Source: an uncultured Rhodobacter sp. (GTDB taxonomy: Bacteria; Pseudomonadota; Alphaproteobacteria; Rhodobacterales; Rhodobacteraceae). Taken from it: a stretch of 64,000 nucleotides of DNA. The DNA lies in assembly GCA_964600965.1 (NCBI GenBank), contig CAZRLO010000004.1:1798-65797 (forward strand), given 5' to 3'. Made by a program: the position numbers and the translations under genes. The notes below the pieces were generated by a model that was not told the DNA's origin, did not search any database, and worked only from the letters and a program-made list of their open reading frames with translations. Positions 9,330 through 19,883 of this stretch are shown here, piece by piece (the first letter of the stretch is position 1; each line of letters starts with the position of its first letter).

Positions 9330-10045
9330 TTTCCGGCGGGCGGATTGCCGGCATCAACCAGCGCTTTCATTTCCTCTTTGGACGGCGGGCTGACAAGCCC
9401 GGCCGAAATCACCAGCTTGGCGGCCGTTTCGACATCCATATCCAAGAGGATAACGTCCTTTTTCGGCACAAACAGCAAAAATCCCGAGGTCGGGTTCGGC
9501 GTGGTCGGCAGAAAGACCGACAGAAACGCCTCGTCGCCGGGCAACCGCTCCAGAACCTCGCCCTTTGTGGCGGTCGAGACAAACGCCACCGCCCAGATAC
9601 CCTTGCGCGGATATTCGACAAGGCAGGCGTGCTCGAACGAATTGTTCGACTGGCTCAGGATGGTTTCCGCGATCTGTTTCAGCCCGTTATAGATCGAACG
9701 AACCACCGGCATGCGGTCGACCACCCGCTCGGCGCGGTTCAGAATGGCGCGACCCAGCAGCCCCTTGGCCAGCGATCCCACGAATACCGTGAAGACCAGA
9801 AACACGATGACGCCGTAGCCTTTGACGTTGATGCCAAGATAGGGCCGCGGCTGATAGCGTTCGGGCACCAGTGGCAGAACCCAGCCGTCGATCAGTCCGA
9901 CGAACCACCAGATCAGATAGGCAGTCAAGAAAACCGGCGCGACCACGATGATGCCGGTCAGGAAATTCGCCCGCAACGTCCCGAACAGGCTGGCGCGGCG
10001 CACTTCTCGGCGGCGTCGTCGGGCTTTCTTGCGGTCGGTTGACAT
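9326..10045 (-). CDS. DUF502-domain membrane protein
   Basis: 239-aa ORF with a basic N-terminus followed by a TM segment (FLTGIIVVAPVFLTAYLIWW). The conserved core ...VRSIYNGLKQI...EYPRKGIWAVAFV...PTTPNPTSGF is typical of DUF502. There is a 4-bp overlap with the LysE gene. Confidence 0.8.
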   Translation of the reverse strand: MSTDRKKARRRRREVRRASLFGTLRANFLTGIIVVAPVFLTAYLIWWFVGLIDGWVLPLVPERYQPRPYLGINVKGYGVIVFLVFTVFVGSLAKGLLGRAILNRAERVVDRMPVVRSIYNGLKQIAETILSQSNNSFEHACLVEYPRKGIWAVAFVSTATKGEVLERLPGDEAFLSVFLPTTPNPTSGFLLFVPKKDVILLDMDVETAAKLVISAGLVSPPSKEEMKALVDAGNPPAGK

Positions 10046-10115
10046 GCCTGATCCGTCTCAAGGGTAGGGGCGTATGTAAAGACGCGGACGCCGCAGGGCA
10101 ATGGTGGCGGTCGAA

Positions 10116-11048
10116 TTAACCGCCTGAAGTTGTGCGCAATTGAACGAGTTCCTGCGCCACCCGCGCCGCAAGCCGCGCATTGTTGCGCACCAGTGCGATG
10201 TTGGCGGCAAGCGATCGCCCATCCGTCAGAGTGTGGATGCGCTCCAGCAGAAACGGCGTCACGGCCTTTTGCGCGATGTTCCGGGCATCGGCATCGGCCA
10301 GGGCCCTGTCGATGATCGGGTTGATGATCGCGGGCGGAATTTCATCGGGCTTAGGGATCGGGTTGGCCACAAGCTGACCGCCGGGCACACCAATTTCCGC
10401 GCGCAGGACATGCGCCCGGGCAATCGTCGCGGGATCGTCCATGCGCTGCGGTGAAATCAGCCCGGAATCGCGGCTCCAGAACGCGGGAAAGGCGTCTTGC
10501 CCGAAGGTGATGACCGGCACGCCCAGGGTTTCGAGCATTTCCAGCGTCTTGGGCAGGTCCAGAATCGCCTTGGCGCCCGCAGCGACCACCGTCACGGCGG
10601 ATTGCGACAATTCCTGAAGATCGGCGGAGATGTCGAAACTGTTGGCCGCGCCGCGATGCACCCCGCCGATGCCCCCGGTAGCAAAGACGTCGATGCCCGC
10701 CACCCGGGCGCAGATCATCGTCGCCGCGACCGTGGTGGCGCCGCTGCGCCCCTGTGCCATGCACACCGCCAGATCGGCGCGGCTGAGCTTGGCGACGTCG
10801 CGCGCCTTTGCCAGCGTCTCCAACTCGGCCATTTCCAGCCCGACATGAATGCGCCCGCCAAGCACCGCGATCGTCGCGGGCACCGCGCCTGCGTCGACCA
10901 CCTGTGCCTCGACGGCCTGTGCGGTTTGAAAATTGGCCGGAAACGGCATGCCGTGGGTGATGATCGTGCTTTCCAACGCCACCAGCGGTTCGCCGTTCCG
11001 CCGGGCGTTTTGCACCGCACCGGAATAGGTCACGCCCAGTTCTGTCAT
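10116..11048 (-). CDS. psuG: pseudouridine-5'-phosphate glycosidase
   Basis: 310 aa counted from ATG 11048 (MTELGVTY...). Conserved strings are ALESTIITHGMP, GATTVAATM, FATGGIGGVHRG, DISADL and VVAAGAKAILD. The 614-aa ORF in the track is a read-through artefact. Confidence 0.9.
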   Translation of the reverse strand: MTELGVTYSGAVQNARRNGEPLVALESTIITHGMPFPANFQTAQAVEAQVVDAGAVPATIAVLGGRIHVGLEMAELETLAKARDVAKLSRADLAVCMAQGRSGATTVAATMICARVAGIDVFATGGIGGVHRGAANSFDISADLQELSQSAVTVVAAGAKAILDLPKTLEMLETLGVPVITFGQDAFPAFWSRDSGLISPQRMDDPATIARAHVLRAEIGVPGGQLVANPIPKPDEIPPAIINPIIDRALADADARNIAQKAVTPFLLERIHTLTDGRSLAANIALVRNNARLAARVAQELVQLRTTSGG

Positions 11049-11932
11049 GCGACGCTCGCGATATGGCGCGCGGTGAAATCCAGCGCCGTTTGCAACGCCG
11101 CGGCACCGGTCTCGCCCCTGAATTCCGCCGCGATATGGGCCGCCATCAGGGCATCGCCCGACCCGGTAACCCGCGCCACCCGCACCTTGGCGGGCAGGCG
11201 GGTCTCGACCCGATCCGGGCAGGCGATGCTTGCGGCATTCGCGCCGTCGGTCACCAATGCGCGGCCCGCCCCGCCGGCCACCAGTGCCCGCGCGGCATCC
11301 GCCGTTGCCACATGCGCCGCCCCGCTCAGAAGGTTGGCTTCGATCAGGTTGACATAAAGCGTCACGCCGGGATGCGAAAGAAACGGGCGCAGCCGCACGG
11401 CCTTGCCGGGCGAGGCCGGCGCGATCCGCAGATCGGCCGCCGCAAGATGCGCCCCCCCGGCGATTTCGGCCAGCAGATCCGCCGTCAGATTGCCGTCCAG
11501 CGCCACCATCCCGGTCCAGGGGTTGTCGGGGCTTGCCAGCCTGCCATCGCGCAGCGGGTCCAGAATCGCGGCACCCGCGGCTTCCAGCGTGTGGGCATCG
11601 GCAATGGCCGCGATCAGGCCGTCGGGGGATTCGATGGCCATATAGCGGTCGGTCGGTCGGCTCTTGGCGACGTGAATGTCGTCGCCGATCAGCCCCATTT
11701 CGCGCAGGCGCGCGGCAAGTTCCGCGCCCTCGGCATCGTCGCCAAGCGCCGACAGCAGCGCCGGGCGCAGGCCCAGACCGCAAAGCGCCATGGCAACGTT
11801 CAAGGCCACCCCGCCGGGATGGCGCGAAATCCGGCCCGGAACATCGCTGCCGGCCGCCATTTCGCCCGCACTGTGCCCGATCACGTCCCACAGGACCGAG
11901 CCAATGCACAGGATATCCGGCTTTTTGGTCAT
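11045..11932 (-). CDS. psuK: PfkB-family carbohydrate kinase, pseudouridine kinase-like
   Basis: Start ATG 11932 ([17 protein letters not shown]). Carries the PfkB signature near the C-terminus ([14 protein letters not shown]). The ATGA overlap with psuG gives the classical psuK-psuG pairing. Confidence 0.8.
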   Translation of the reverse strand: MTKKPDILCIGSVLWDVIGHSAGEMAAGSDVPGRISRHPGGVALNVAMALCGLGLRPALLSALGDDAEGAELAARLREMGLIGDDIHVAKSRPTDRYMAIESPDGLIAAIADAHTLEAAGAAILDPLRDGRLASPDNPWTGMVALDGNLTADLLAEIAGGAHLAAADLRIAPASPGKAVRLRPFLSHPGVTLYVNLIEANLLSGAAHVATADAARALVAGGAGRALVTDGANAASIACPDRVETRLPAKVRVARVTGSGDALMAAHIAAEFRGETGAAALQTALDFTARHIASVA

Positions 11933-12185
11933 GCCGCAACTTGTGCCCGGCGCGGCCCAAGTTGCAACCCCTGCATCATTGTTCCCGAAATACTCGCCCC
12001 AATTTGGCGCCACGCATGAATTCCCCGCACCAAAGGCCTTGCACCCGCCGGTGCTTTGCCCTAAATCACCGCGCATCAAATCCACAGGCGGGTCTTGCGG
12101 GTTTCGGGACAGACATCCCCGACGCTCCACCGGTTGGGCACATGCTCTTCTCCCGCTCAAGGTTCAAACCGGAAAGGAAACGACA

Positions 12186-12962
12186 ATGGCTCTGCCAGAG
12201 TTTACATTGCGCCAATTGCTTGAAGCAGGCGTACATTACGGCCACCAGACACATCGCTGGAACCCGCGCATGGATCAATACATCTATGGCGCCAAAGGCG
12301 GCATTCACATCATGGACCTGACACAGACGGTCCCGTTGCTGGATGCGGCCCTGAACGCGGTGCGTGAAACCGTCGCCAAGAACGGGCGCATTCTGTTCGT
12401 GGCCACCAAGCGGCAGGCGCAAAAGGCCATTGCCGATGCCGCCGAGCGTTCGGCGCAATATTACATGAATCACCGCTGGCTGGGCGGCACGCTGACCAAC
12501 TGGCAAACCGTCTCCAAATCGATTCAGCGCCTGAAAGCGATCGACGAACAGATGGTCGAGGGGGCGGACGGGCTGACCAAGAAGGAACGTCTGGGCATCG
12601 AGCGCGAGCAGAACAAATTACAGGCGTCCCTGGGCGGCATTCGCGAAATGGGCGGCGTGCCTGATCTGGTCGTGGTGATCGACACCAACAAAGAGGCGCT
12701 GGCCGTGGCCGAAGCCAACAAGCTGGGCATCCCGGTCGTCGCGGTTCTGGACAGCAATTCCTCGCCCGCGGGCATCGATTTTCCGATCCCCGGCAACGAT
12801 GACGCGGCGCGCGCCATCGCGCTTTACTGCGATCTGATTGCCCGCGCGGCGCTGGATGGCATGACCGCGCAGATGGGTTCGCGCGGGGTCGATGTCGGCG
12901 CGCTGAGCGAAGCCCCGGTCGAAGAGGCCGTGGCCGAAACGCCGGCGACCGCCGAAACCTGA
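12186..12962 (+). CDS. rpsB: 30S ribosomal protein S2
   Basis: [29 protein letters not shown]... is a canonical S2 N-terminus. ATG at 12186. Confidence 0.97.
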   Translation: MALPEFTLRQLLEAGVHYGHQTHRWNPRMDQYIYGAKGGIHIMDLTQTVPLLDAALNAVRETVAKNGRILFVATKRQAQKAIADAAERSAQYYMNHRWLGGTLTNWQTVSKSIQRLKAIDEQMVEGADGLTKKERLGIEREQNKLQASLGGIREMGGVPDLVVVIDTNKEALAVAEANKLGIPVVAVLDSNSSPAGIDFPIPGNDDAARAIALYCDLIARAALDGMTAQMGSRGVDVGALSEAPVEEAVAETPATAET

Positions 12963-13054
12963 CCGGCCGCCGCTCAACGGCCATGAAACGGGGCAGGGGC
13001 GACCGGTGCCCCGCTCTAGCAATCAGACAAACCTCCCAATGAAGGAGAAACCAG

Positions 13055-13930
13055 ATGGCGATTACAGCTAAAATGGTGAAAGAGCTGCGTGACGTATCGG
13101 GCGCCGGCATGATGGACGCCAAGCGCGCCCTGACGGAGACCGAGGGCGAAATGGAGGCGGCGATCGACTGGCTCAGGACCAAGGGTCTGGCCAAGGCCGC
13201 GAAAAAATCGGGCCGCACCGCCGCCGAAGGGCTGGTAGGGGTCGCGACCGAAGGCGGCGTCGGGGTGGTGGTCGAGGTGAACTCGGAAACCGATTTCGTC
13301 GCCAAGAATTCGGAATTTCAGGAAATGGTGGCCGGCATTACCCAGGCCGCCCTTGGCGTCGACGATCTGGACGCGCTGATCGCGGCCGATCTGAACGGCA
13401 AACCGGTCGGCGATGCCGTCACCGAGAAAGTCGGCACCATCGGCGAAAACATGTCGGTGCGGCGCATGGCCCGGCTCGACGGGGATGCGGTGGCCAGCTA
13501 CGTTCACAACGCCGCCGCGCCCGGCATGGGCAAGATCGGCGTGCTGGTGGCGCTGAAAGGCACGGACAACGGCATCGGCAAGCAGATCGCCATGCACGTC
13601 GCGGCCGCCAACCCGGCATCGCTGTCGGAATCCGATCTCGATGCGGCGCTGGTCGAACGTGAAAAGGCAGTCCTGACCGAACAGGCGCGCGAAAGCGGCA
13701 AGCCCGACAACATCATCGAGAACATGATCAAGGGCCGGATGAAGAAGTATTTCGAGGAAGTCACCCTGCTGAACCAGAAATTCGTGATCAACCCCGATGT
13801 GACGGTCGCGCAGGCCGCGACCGAAGCCGGGGCCGAGGTTCTGGGCTTCGTACGGCTGGAAGTCGGCGAAGGGATCGAAAAAAAGACCGAAGATTTTGCC
13901 GCCGAAGTCGCGAAAACCATGGGCGGCTGA
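13055..13930 (+). CDS. tsf: translation elongation factor Ts
   Basis: [26 protein letters not shown]... is a canonical EF-Ts N-terminus. It lies immediately downstream of rpsB. Confidence 0.97.
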   Translation: MAITAKMVKELRDVSGAGMMDAKRALTETEGEMEAAIDWLRTKGLAKAAKKSGRTAAEGLVGVATEGGVGVVVEVNSETDFVAKNSEFQEMVAGITQAALGVDDLDALIAADLNGKPVGDAVTEKVGTIGENMSVRRMARLDGDAVASYVHNAAAPGMGKIGVLVALKGTDNGIGKQIAMHVAAANPASLSESDLDAALVEREKAVLTEQARESGKPDNIIENMIKGRMKKYFEEVTLLNQKFVINPDVTVAQAATEAGAEVLGFVRLEVGEGIEKKTEDFAAEVAKTMGG

Positions 13931-13952
13931 TCAACCCGGGCCTGTTACCGCG

Positions 13953-13983
13953 AAAAGCCCCGGTCGTGTCCGGGGCTTTTTTT
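13953..13983 (+). terminator. rho-independent terminator of rpsB-tsf
   Basis: AAAAGCCCCGG-tcgtgt-CCGGGGCTTTTTTT forms a 7-bp GC stem followed by a T7 run, 23 nt after the tsf stop. Confidence 0.85.
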
Positions 13984-14224
13984 GTTGGGTCCACACCACT
14001 TATTCCGCCCCAACAGCGCCGAAAGCACCGCCGCAAATCGTCTGCCCGCCCCGATGGGAAGGCATTTTGCGGTGGTGTGCATTTTCTAAGGCTCTTTCGG
14101 CGAAAGAGAGGTAAAGCGGCGATCATCAAAGGTGCATCGCCAAGTCGGCAGGCAGGCGATCTCCGGGTTTGCGCGTGGTCACAAGGCAATTCGGAAAAGT
14201 GGAAACTTCCACAGCTTACAGCAA

Positions 14225-14263
14225 CGAACAAAGGAAAACGGCGCCGGATCAACCGACGCCGTT
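14225..14263 (-). terminator. rho-independent terminator on the minus strand, ~245 nt downstream of the luxR-family gene
   Basis: The minus strand reads AACGGCGTCGG-ttgat-CCGGCGCCGTT followed by TTCCTTTGTT. The stem is 11 bp including one G-U pair. Confidence 0.55.
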
Positions 14264-14508
14264 ATCCCGTCTCAGCAATCGGTCTTTGAAGAGGGAACCT
14301 CAAAGCGACAGATCGACCAGGCGGGAGACCAAAAGAACTATTCATCCGGCGACCCCCGAAGCCCCCTGCAACCGGAAATTCCCGGTCTTGCAAAAAACTC
14401 CACGCTCCCTGGCATCAATAGCCACCACTCTTGGAACAGGGGCACCATGCCTTACGTAGCGTTAGGCGGAAAGTAACGGATACCCTACCTTTGCGCCAAA
14501 TGTCGGGG

Positions 14509-15312
14509 TCACGAAGTAGGGAATACCTTACCTTCGCCGGTTTTCTCGCGCTCAAATAGGAAAAACTGATTCTGGACCGACGCTTTCAGGACCGCCTGCG
14601 CGGTGGTGTCGGCGTTGAGGTTGGCGCGGGCCAGCCGCAGATGTTTTTCGATCGTCGCCTGATTGAGCCCCATGATCATGGCGATTTCCTGCGCGGTCTT
14701 GCCATCGGCCACCCATTGCAGCACTTCGCGCTGGCGCTCGGTCAGGGGCGTGCTCTGCCGTTCAAAGGGCAGGCTGGCGATCTTCTGGTCCATCACCAGG
14801 TTCAGGATTTCGATCTTCGCACCATGGCGCGCCCAGATCACCTCGACATCCGCCTGATCCAGACCGGCGCGGGCGCAAAGACCGATGGCGGATTTGCTGC
14901 GCTCGGTCGCCTGGGCAAAGCTGATCGAATAACCGGCATGCACGCCCATCCGTACGTTGAGATCAAGGATCTTGTTTTCGTTGTCGGTATTCCTGCCAGC
15001 CCTGCGCCGGTCTTCGGCCCATTGCCAGCTACAGGCCCCCACATGGCCCATGGACCAGATCGCCATTGGCGCGTGAATATAGAGCGCTTCGCCGAAAAAC
15101 AGATCGATATAGGATTTGTCGTGGTTGGTCAGCACGATCGAATCCGAGATGTCGCCGAACTTGCCTCGCGTGTGAAACCGGTTGGCCCCGTAGATCATCC
15201 GGTCAAAGCCGAATTCCGCCATCTTGGCGACATGCAGCGCCCAGACCTGTTCGATGCGCGTGCAGTTCAGCACTTCGCCGACATGATCGAGATCGGATTT
15301 CATAACAGGCAT
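14509..15312 (-). CDS. LuxR-family transcriptional regulator (autoinducer-binding-type N-domain plus C-terminal HTH), solo
   Basis: The C-terminal LuxR/FixJ HTH reads LTERQREVLQWVADGKTAQEIAMIMGLNQATIEKHLRLARANL. The ~170-aa N-terminal domain has the size and spacing of an AHL-binding domain. No luxI-type synthase is seen in the window. Confidence 0.8.
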   Translation of the reverse strand: MPVMKSDLDHVGEVLNCTRIEQVWALHVAKMAEFGFDRMIYGANRFHTRGKFGDISDSIVLTNHDKSYIDLFFGEALYIHAPMAIWSMGHVGACSWQWAEDRRRAGRNTDNENKILDLNVRMGVHAGYSISFAQATERSKSAIGLCARAGLDQADVEVIWARHGAKIEILNLVMDQKIASLPFERQSTPLTERQREVLQWVADGKTAQEIAMIMGLNQATIEKHLRLARANLNADTTAQAVLKASVQNQFFLFEREKTGEGKVFPTS

Positions 15313-15491
15313 CAGCAGACATTGACCAGAGCGGAACCAGTATCCTATCGGAGTTCACTCGCGATTGTCGAGCCGTTCTCGCAATCAAGACATGCCACGC
15401 CTAACGGCCGGTTTCGCGTACATTCCGCTGGCAACCCGATTTGTGGCTGTCTAACCTGCGCCAAAGACGAGCCGAAACATGGGATCAAAAT

Positions 15492-17132
15492 ATGCGGTCT
15501 GGTGGCAATATTCTGGTGGATTGCCTGCTTGAACAAGGGGTGAGCACCGCCTTTGGCGTGCCGGGGGAAAGCTATCTGGATGTGCTGGACGCGCTTTTTT
15601 CGGTGCAGAACAGGTTGCGCCTGATCGGTGCGCGGCACGAAAGCGGTGCGGCCTTCATGGCCGAGGCATATGGCAAACTGACCGGCGTACCCGGCATTTG
15701 TTTCGTGACACGCGGGCCCGGGGCCTGCAACGCGTCGATCGGGGTTCACACGGCGGCGCAGAATTCGTCGCCGATGATCCTGTTCGTCGGGCAGATCGCG
15801 CGGGACATGCGCCAGCGCGAGGCATTTCAGGAAATCGACTATCGCGGTTTCTTTGGCGGTATTGCCAAATGGGTGACCGAGATCGACCGCGTCGACCGCA
15901 TCCCCGAAACCATCGCCCGCGCCTTTGCCACCGCCTTGTCCGGCCGTCCCGGCCCGGTCGTGATCGCGCTGCCCGAGGATATGCTGCGCGAACAATGCGC
16001 CGCAAAAGCCGCCCAGCGCGTGGTCGTGCCGCTGGCGGTACCGGCGGCCACGGCCTTGGATGATGCTTCAGCTTTGCTCCGTAAGGCATTGAAACCGCTA
16101 ATTTTAGTTGGCGGTGGTGGGTGGAATGATGCGGCGCGGGCCGATTTGCGCACCTTCGCAGAAGCCAACCATCTGCCGGTGGCGGTGGCGTTCCGCTCGC
16201 AGGACCTGATCGACAATTCCAGCCCCAGCTATGTTGGCGACGCCGGTGTCGGCACGGCCGCCTATATGCCGGAACTGCTGCGCGAGGCCGATCTGATCCT
16301 TGCCATCAACATTCGGTTCGGGGAAACCGTCACCGATGGCTGGTCACTGTTTGACGTGCCGCGCATGGCCGCGACGCTGATCCATTCCCATGCCTCTGCG
16401 GCGGAGATCGGCAAGATCTATCAGCCTGACGTGGCGCTGCAATGCGGCCCGGCAGCGCTGCTGCAGGCGCTGGCACAGGGGCCGGTGCTGGGCGACTGGC
16501 GCGACTGGAGCCGCGCGGCGCGGGCATCGTTCGTGGCAATGCAGCGCACCACCAATCAGCGCGGTGCGGTCAACATGGCCGAGATCACCCGCTGGCTCGA
16601 CCGGGAACTGGCGGAGGATGTGATCGTCACCAACGGCGCGGGCAACTTTTCGGCGTGGCCGTCGAAATTCCTGACTTATTCCGCCCCCCGGCGCCTGCTG
16701 GCCCCGCAAAGCGGCGCGATGGGGGCCGGGCTGCCGGCGGCCATCGCCGCGCGGGCGGCGCATCCGGACCGACAGGTGGTGTGCTTTGCCGGTGACGGTG
16801 ATCTGCAAATGAGCCTGCCCGAACTTGGCGCGGCCATGCAGGAGGGCCTGCAACCGATAATCCTGTTACTGAACAACGGGCTCTATGGCACCATTCGTGC
16901 GCATCAGGCGCGGAATTACCCCGGTCGACGGCTCGCCACCACGATCCATAACCCCGATTTTGTGGCGCTGGCGCAATCCTATGGCTTTTTTGCCGCAAGG
17001 GTGACCCAGACCGCCGAATTCGCCCAAGCCTTCCGGCGCGCGGCCGCAAGCGGCTCGGGCGGCCTCGTGGAGCTGATGATCGACCCGCGCGACATCTCGG
17101 CCTTCAGCCGGATTGACGAGGGCGAAGGATGA
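15492..17132 (+). CDS. thiamine-pyrophosphate-binding enzyme (acetolactate-synthase large-subunit-like)
   Basis: The N-terminal TPP-Pyr domain contains GVPGESYLDVLDAL...HESGAAFMAEAYGKLTG...TRGPGACN. The C-terminal TPP-binding motif is GDGDLQM...NNG. Start ATG 15492. Confidence 0.85.
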   Translation: MRSGGNILVDCLLEQGVSTAFGVPGESYLDVLDALFSVQNRLRLIGARHESGAAFMAEAYGKLTGVPGICFVTRGPGACNASIGVHTAAQNSSPMILFVGQIARDMRQREAFQEIDYRGFFGGIAKWVTEIDRVDRIPETIARAFATALSGRPGPVVIALPEDMLREQCAAKAAQRVVVPLAVPAATALDDASALLRKALKPLILVGGGGWNDAARADLRTFAEANHLPVAVAFRSQDLIDNSSPSYVGDAGVGTAAYMPELLREADLILAINIRFGETVTDGWSLFDVPRMAATLIHSHASAAEIGKIYQPDVALQCGPAALLQALAQGPVLGDWRDWSRAARASFVAMQRTTNQRGAVNMAEITRWLDRELAEDVIVTNGAGNFSAWPSKFLTYSAPRRLLAPQSGAMGAGLPAAIAARAAHPDRQVVCFAGDGDLQMSLPELGAAMQEGLQPIILLLNNGLYGTIRAHQARNYPGRRLATTIHNPDFVALAQSYGFFAARVTQTAEFAQAFRRAAASGSGGLVELMIDPRDISAFSRIDEGEG

Positions 17133-17300
17133 ACGACGCAATCCGGGCGAAACCTTTCGTTAACCTTTGCAGTAATCCAACATTTCGGGTATTTGTATCC
17201 CTGAATTGCGCCGAAATCATTGAATTTTTCCGATATCCCGCCGAATTGTCCACATCGCGGCGCAAGCCGCAGGTGCCCCCGTGGCCCCGGCGATGACGTC

Positions 17301-18491
17301 GTGACGCGGCCTTCCAACCCGCAAATCCTGATCATCGGCGGCGGTGTGATCGGTAACGCCATCGCCTATTTTTTGTCGCTGGACCCCGGGCTGCGTGATC
17401 AGATCGTTGTGGTCGAGCGCGATCCGACGTTTCGAACCGCGTCGACCGCATTATCCGCCGCGTCCATCCGAACCCAGTTTTCCAACGCGCTGAACGTGCA
17501 AATCTCGAAATTCGGTGCCGAATTCATCCGCAATTTCAGCGGCTTGTTTTCACAAGCTGATCCCGGGCCGGATCTGGAATTTCGTGAAAACGGCTATCTG
17601 TTTCTGGCCGGGACCCAGGAGCAGGCGGCGCTGATCCGGGAAAACCACGCCATACAATCCGCCGCCGGGGCCGATGTGATCCTGCTGGAACCCGCTGCGA
17701 TCCGCGACCGGTTCGGATATCTGAATACCAGTGACCTGCGGCTTGGTGCGCTGGGCGTCCGGGGCGAGGGGTGGTTTGACAACATGGGGCTGCATGGCGG
17801 GCTCAGGCGGCTTGCCAAGGGGCAGGGCGCCCGTTTCGTGACCGACGAGGTGGTCGGGTTCGACATGGCCGACAGGCGGCTTGTGGCGGCGCGCATGGCC
17901 TCGGGCGAAAGGCTGGTCGCGGGCGAATTCATCAATGCCGCGGGTCCGCGGGCCGCTGCACTGGCCCGTCTGGCGGGCGTTGCGCTGCCGATTGAGGCCC
18001 GCAAGCGCACCACCTTCGCGTTTCAGACGCCCGAGCCGCCACCGCCCGACGCGCCCCTGATGGTGGACCCGACGGGATTTTATGTGCGCCCGGAGCGGGA
18101 TTTCTGGATCGGCGCGTGCCAGCCCGATCCGGACCCGATGGTGGATGCCGACGATTTCACCCCGACTTACGCCGAGTTTGACGAAACGCTCTGGCCGGGC
18201 CTTGCCGCGCGATCGCCGCTGTTTGAGGCGATGAAATTTCGCCGCGCCTGGGCCGGGCATTATGCCTATAACGTGTTGGACCAGAATGCCGTGCTGGGGC
18301 GGCATCCCGAAGTCGACAACCTGATATTTGCCAACGGCTTTTCCGGGCACGGTCTGCAGCAGGCACCGGCCGTCGGTCGCGGGATTGCCGAGCTCATCCG
18401 TTTCGGCCGTTACACCAGCCTGGACCTTGCACCGCTTGGATATGAACGAATCATAAGTGGCCGGCCTTTTAATGAACGCAACGTGGTATGA
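17301..18491 (+). CDS. FAD-dependent oxidoreductase (DAO family)
   Basis: Has a Rossmann dinucleotide motif ILIIGGGVIGNAIAYFL near the N-terminus and the length of the DAO family. The start is uncertain: GTG 17301 is chosen, while the ORF-track start is 17220. Confidence 0.75.
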   Translation: MTRPSNPQILIIGGGVIGNAIAYFLSLDPGLRDQIVVVERDPTFRTASTALSAASIRTQFSNALNVQISKFGAEFIRNFSGLFSQADPGPDLEFRENGYLFLAGTQEQAALIRENHAIQSAAGADVILLEPAAIRDRFGYLNTSDLRLGALGVRGEGWFDNMGLHGGLRRLAKGQGARFVTDEVVGFDMADRRLVAARMASGERLVAGEFINAAGPRAAALARLAGVALPIEARKRTTFAFQTPEPPPPDAPLMVDPTGFYVRPERDFWIGACQPDPDPMVDADDFTPTYAEFDETLWPGLAARSPLFEAMKFRRAWAGHYAYNVLDQNAVLGRHPEVDNLIFANGFSGHGLQQAPAVGRGIAELIRFGRYTSLDLAPLGYERIISGRPFNERNVV

Positions 18492-18576
18492 GGGTATTGC
18501 AAAGCTTTGATATATATGGGAATACACGATTTTACATAATATTCATTATGCGACTGATACCATGGTGCGAAATCCC

Positions 18577-19641
18577 CTAGAGCCGCCGTGCGACCAGGGC
18601 CCCTGCCAGAACCGTGCCGATGATTCTGAAAACATGCATCATCGTCACGAAGGCCGGATTGGCATCGAGGCTAAGCGCGATCAGCGCCGTCTCGGTCACG
18701 CCGCCCGGCGCAAACGAGATCAACAGCACGTCAAACGGTAACCCGGTCAACGGCGCCAGCAACAGAACCAGCGCCGCGTCCAGCGCCAGCATTGCCGTGA
18801 CCGACAGCACGGCAAGCCCGAACGTGCGCAACAGCAGACGCGGCGGAAACCCGGCGAATCTTCCGCCCAGCCCCGCGCCGACCACCACCTGCGCGGCGGC
18901 GACCAGCCATGCCGGCGGAACCGCAGCGGTCCACCCGCCCAGATGGCCCAGCGCGCTGAGGATCAACGGCCCGACCAGAATGCCGGCCGGCAACCGAAGC
19001 GCCCTGCCCCCGGCCTGTCCGAAAATCGCCGCCCCCAACAGGATCAGCGCGTCTGAGCCTGTAACGCCCGGGCGCGCACCCTCAAGGGTCATGCCCGCCG
19101 CACTTCCGACCTGTTCCCCGGTGAAAATCAAGAACAGGGTCGGCAGAACCGTAATCACCAGCGCGATGCGCGAGAATTGCTGAAGGCCAAGAATCCGCGC
19201 ATCGCAGCCGGCCCTTTCGCCCATGGCAATGCTTTCGATCAACCCGCCGGGCATGGCCGCAAAAAAAGCGGTCGGGCGGTCATAGCCGCCAATCCGGCGG
19301 AAAATCGCGAAATTGACCAGCAGCGCGGCCGCGACAAAAACCGGTATCCCCAGCACGGCAAACCGGTGATCCCACATGCGACCGGCAAACTCTGCGCTGA
19401 ACGCGGCGCCGATCGCGACTCCGATGACCGCGACGAACAGATTGCGCAGCCCCATTGGCAGGACCGGTGAAATCCCAACGACGGCGACGCGCCCCAGCGC
19501 CGCCATCGCCGATGCGCCAAAGGCTCCCAGCAGAAATGGCATCGGCGCCCCGAGCCGCGATGCCACCCCTGCACCCGCGGCACCGATCAAAACCGCAAAA
19601 CCGGTTTCGGCAAGTGTGGTCGGGGTCAGGCGCGCGCTCAT
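18577..19641 (-). CDS. AbrB-family membrane protein (putative ammonia-monooxygenase-like duplication)
   Basis: A highly hydrophobic internally duplicated ORF with the signatures PMPFLLGAF..., MPGGL.E and FAPGGVTE typical of the AbrB duplication family. Start ATG 19641 (MSARLTP). Confidence 0.8.
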   Translation of the reverse strand: MSARLTPTTLAETGFAVLIGAAGAGVASRLGAPMPFLLGAFGASAMAALGRVAVVGISPVLPMGLRNLFVAVIGVAIGAAFSAEFAGRMWDHRFAVLGIPVFVAAALLVNFAIFRRIGGYDRPTAFFAAMPGGLIESIAMGERAGCDARILGLQQFSRIALVITVLPTLFLIFTGEQVGSAAGMTLEGARPGVTGSDALILLGAAIFGQAGGRALRLPAGILVGPLILSALGHLGGWTAAVPPAWLVAAAQVVVGAGLGGRFAGFPPRLLLRTFGLAVLSVTAMLALDAALVLLLAPLTGLPFDVLLISFAPGGVTETALIALSLDANPAFVTMMHVFRIIGTVLAGALVARRL

Positions 19642-19883
19642 GCACCCCAGAATGGCACGATTGGCGCGAAAATCGGGCCTAAACCCGCTTTGAAGCGGCA
19701 TATTTCTTGAATTTGTAACAAAATGTTCAAATTTCCTGTTTACAGAGGCGAGCCTCGGTTTCTAAACTCAGGGTTGTTATAAAATGGGAACCGAAAGGCG
19801 ATTCCGGCAATTTTCCAGTTTGAGTCCGAGTTTTTTGTATTTTTGTGCAGCCGATTTTACCTGATCTTCAGGAAAGCGACACA

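Noticed and set aside
10116-11960. The 614-aa ORF suggests a large fusion protein.
   Set aside because: The N-terminal ~300 aa are Arg/Gly-rich nonsense lying in a shadow frame of the psuK gene. The real psuG starts at ATG 11048 (MTELGV...), and psuK occupies 11045-11932 in another frame with an ATGA overlap.
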